Positions 63,494 to 64,000 of a stretch of DNA of 64,000 nucleotides are shown piece after piece. Made by a program: the position numbers and the translations under genes. The first letter of the stretch is position 1; each line of letters opens with the position of its first letter. Below the pieces are notes generated by a model. It was not told where the DNA came from, searched no databases, and saw only the letters and a program-made list of their open reading frames with translations. Location of the stretch: the NCBI GenBank assembly GCA_005400705.1, contig GCA_005400705.1_4079.1; one strand, written 5' to 3'. This DNA is from Escherichia coli (GTDB lineage Bacteria; Pseudomonadota; Gammaproteobacteria; Enterobacterales; Enterobacteriaceae).

Positions 63494-63729
63494 ATCACAA
63501 AATGTATTGTAAACTATTGCAGACACTGGCACAGAAACACTATGACACGGTATCTGAAATATTACCCTATGATATCATGCGTTTACTTCACTGTGAGGCC
63601 GAGATGCTTGTACTGATGACAGGCACAGATAAAAAAGCAATTGCCAAATCAATAGATATGTTCATCGAAGCACAATGTCAACACATTAGAACCGAGATAT
63701 GGAGGCGAGAGAATGATAACCCTAAATGA
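63478..63729 (+). CDS. small protein, tandem family B (divergent)
   Basis: 83 aa; overlaps upstream gene. Confidence 0.45.
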   Translation: MRHRLNHKMYCKLLQTLAQKHYDTVSEILPYDIMRLLHCEAEMLVLMTGTDKKAIAKSIDMFIEAQCQHIRTEIWRRENDNPK

Positions 63730-63928
63730 GTATCAGTATCATTGGAGGTTACAAGCTATAAGAAGGAAAGTTGTTAGTATTTCTTTAGACAAGTCTATTG
63801 CACAAGAGGACAAATGTGTTATAATAGCTGAAATGAAGTTGGGTGTTTTCGTAGGGACAAACTATCAAAACATCTACACTGACGTATTGTTAAGTGTCTT
63901 ACGTAACAAGGTGATATCAAAAGAATGA
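63713..63928 (+). CDS. small protein, tandem family B
   Basis: 71 aa; GTNYQNIYT. Confidence 0.5.
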   Translation: MITLNEYQYHWRLQAIRRKVVSISLDKSIAQEDKCVIIAEMKLGVFVGTNYQNIYTDVLLSVLRNKVISKE

Positions 63929-64000
63929 GAAAATTACAAGGCTTTGAATACATCAGGCTCCTGAAAACATGTGGCAGCAGAAGGAGAATGATATCAAGCG
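63925..64000 (+). CDS. small protein, tandem family B (3' end outside window)
   Basis: ATGA overlap start; open to window end. Confidence 0.35.
   Translation, partial: MRKLQGFEYIRLLKTCGSRRRMISS

Overview
The window reads as a densely packed accessory region of a large lytic bacteriophage; no host genes, rRNA, tRNA or CRISPR arrays were recognised. Four architectural blocks are visible. (1) 1-27.0 kb: about 70 small plus-strand genes, AT-rich, with sigma70-type promoters (TTGACA-16/17-TATAAT) and ten fused terminator-promoter hairpins (GGTTGAC-TTCG-GTCAGCC, with the -35 inside the stem). Recognisable products are a sigma-70-family protein, an HNH endonuclease, a P-loop ATPase, kinase-like proteins and two clusters of paralogous small membrane proteins. 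(2) 27.0-37.3 kb: the only minus-strand block, eight tandem paralogous genes (369-396 aa) plus one decayed copy. All start with the same leader peptide MLPFVRMFDYGN and carry RCC1-like G-x-L-G-x-G beta-propeller repeats; each has a near-identical hairpin/TATAAT/AAGGAGG cassette upstream. This is the most unusual system in the window. (3) 37.4-41.4 kb and 61.7-64.0 kb: two tandem arrays of 60-85 aa paralogous genes. (4) 41.4-61.5 kb: a 2 kb ORF-free segment with direct repeats and CAGTACTG clusters, followed by about 50 small genes of higher GC, almost every one preceded by a promoter plus GC-rich stem-loop cassette resembling the PeSL elements described in T4-type phages; it includes a TraR/DksA-like zinc-finger protein, a kinase-like protein and a duplicated structured-RNA candidate. 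Genome-wide, AGTACT palindromes and Chi octamers (GCTGGTGG, mainly one orientation) look over-represented. All functional calls rest on motifs read by eye; coordinates of regulatory elements may be off by 1-2 nt.
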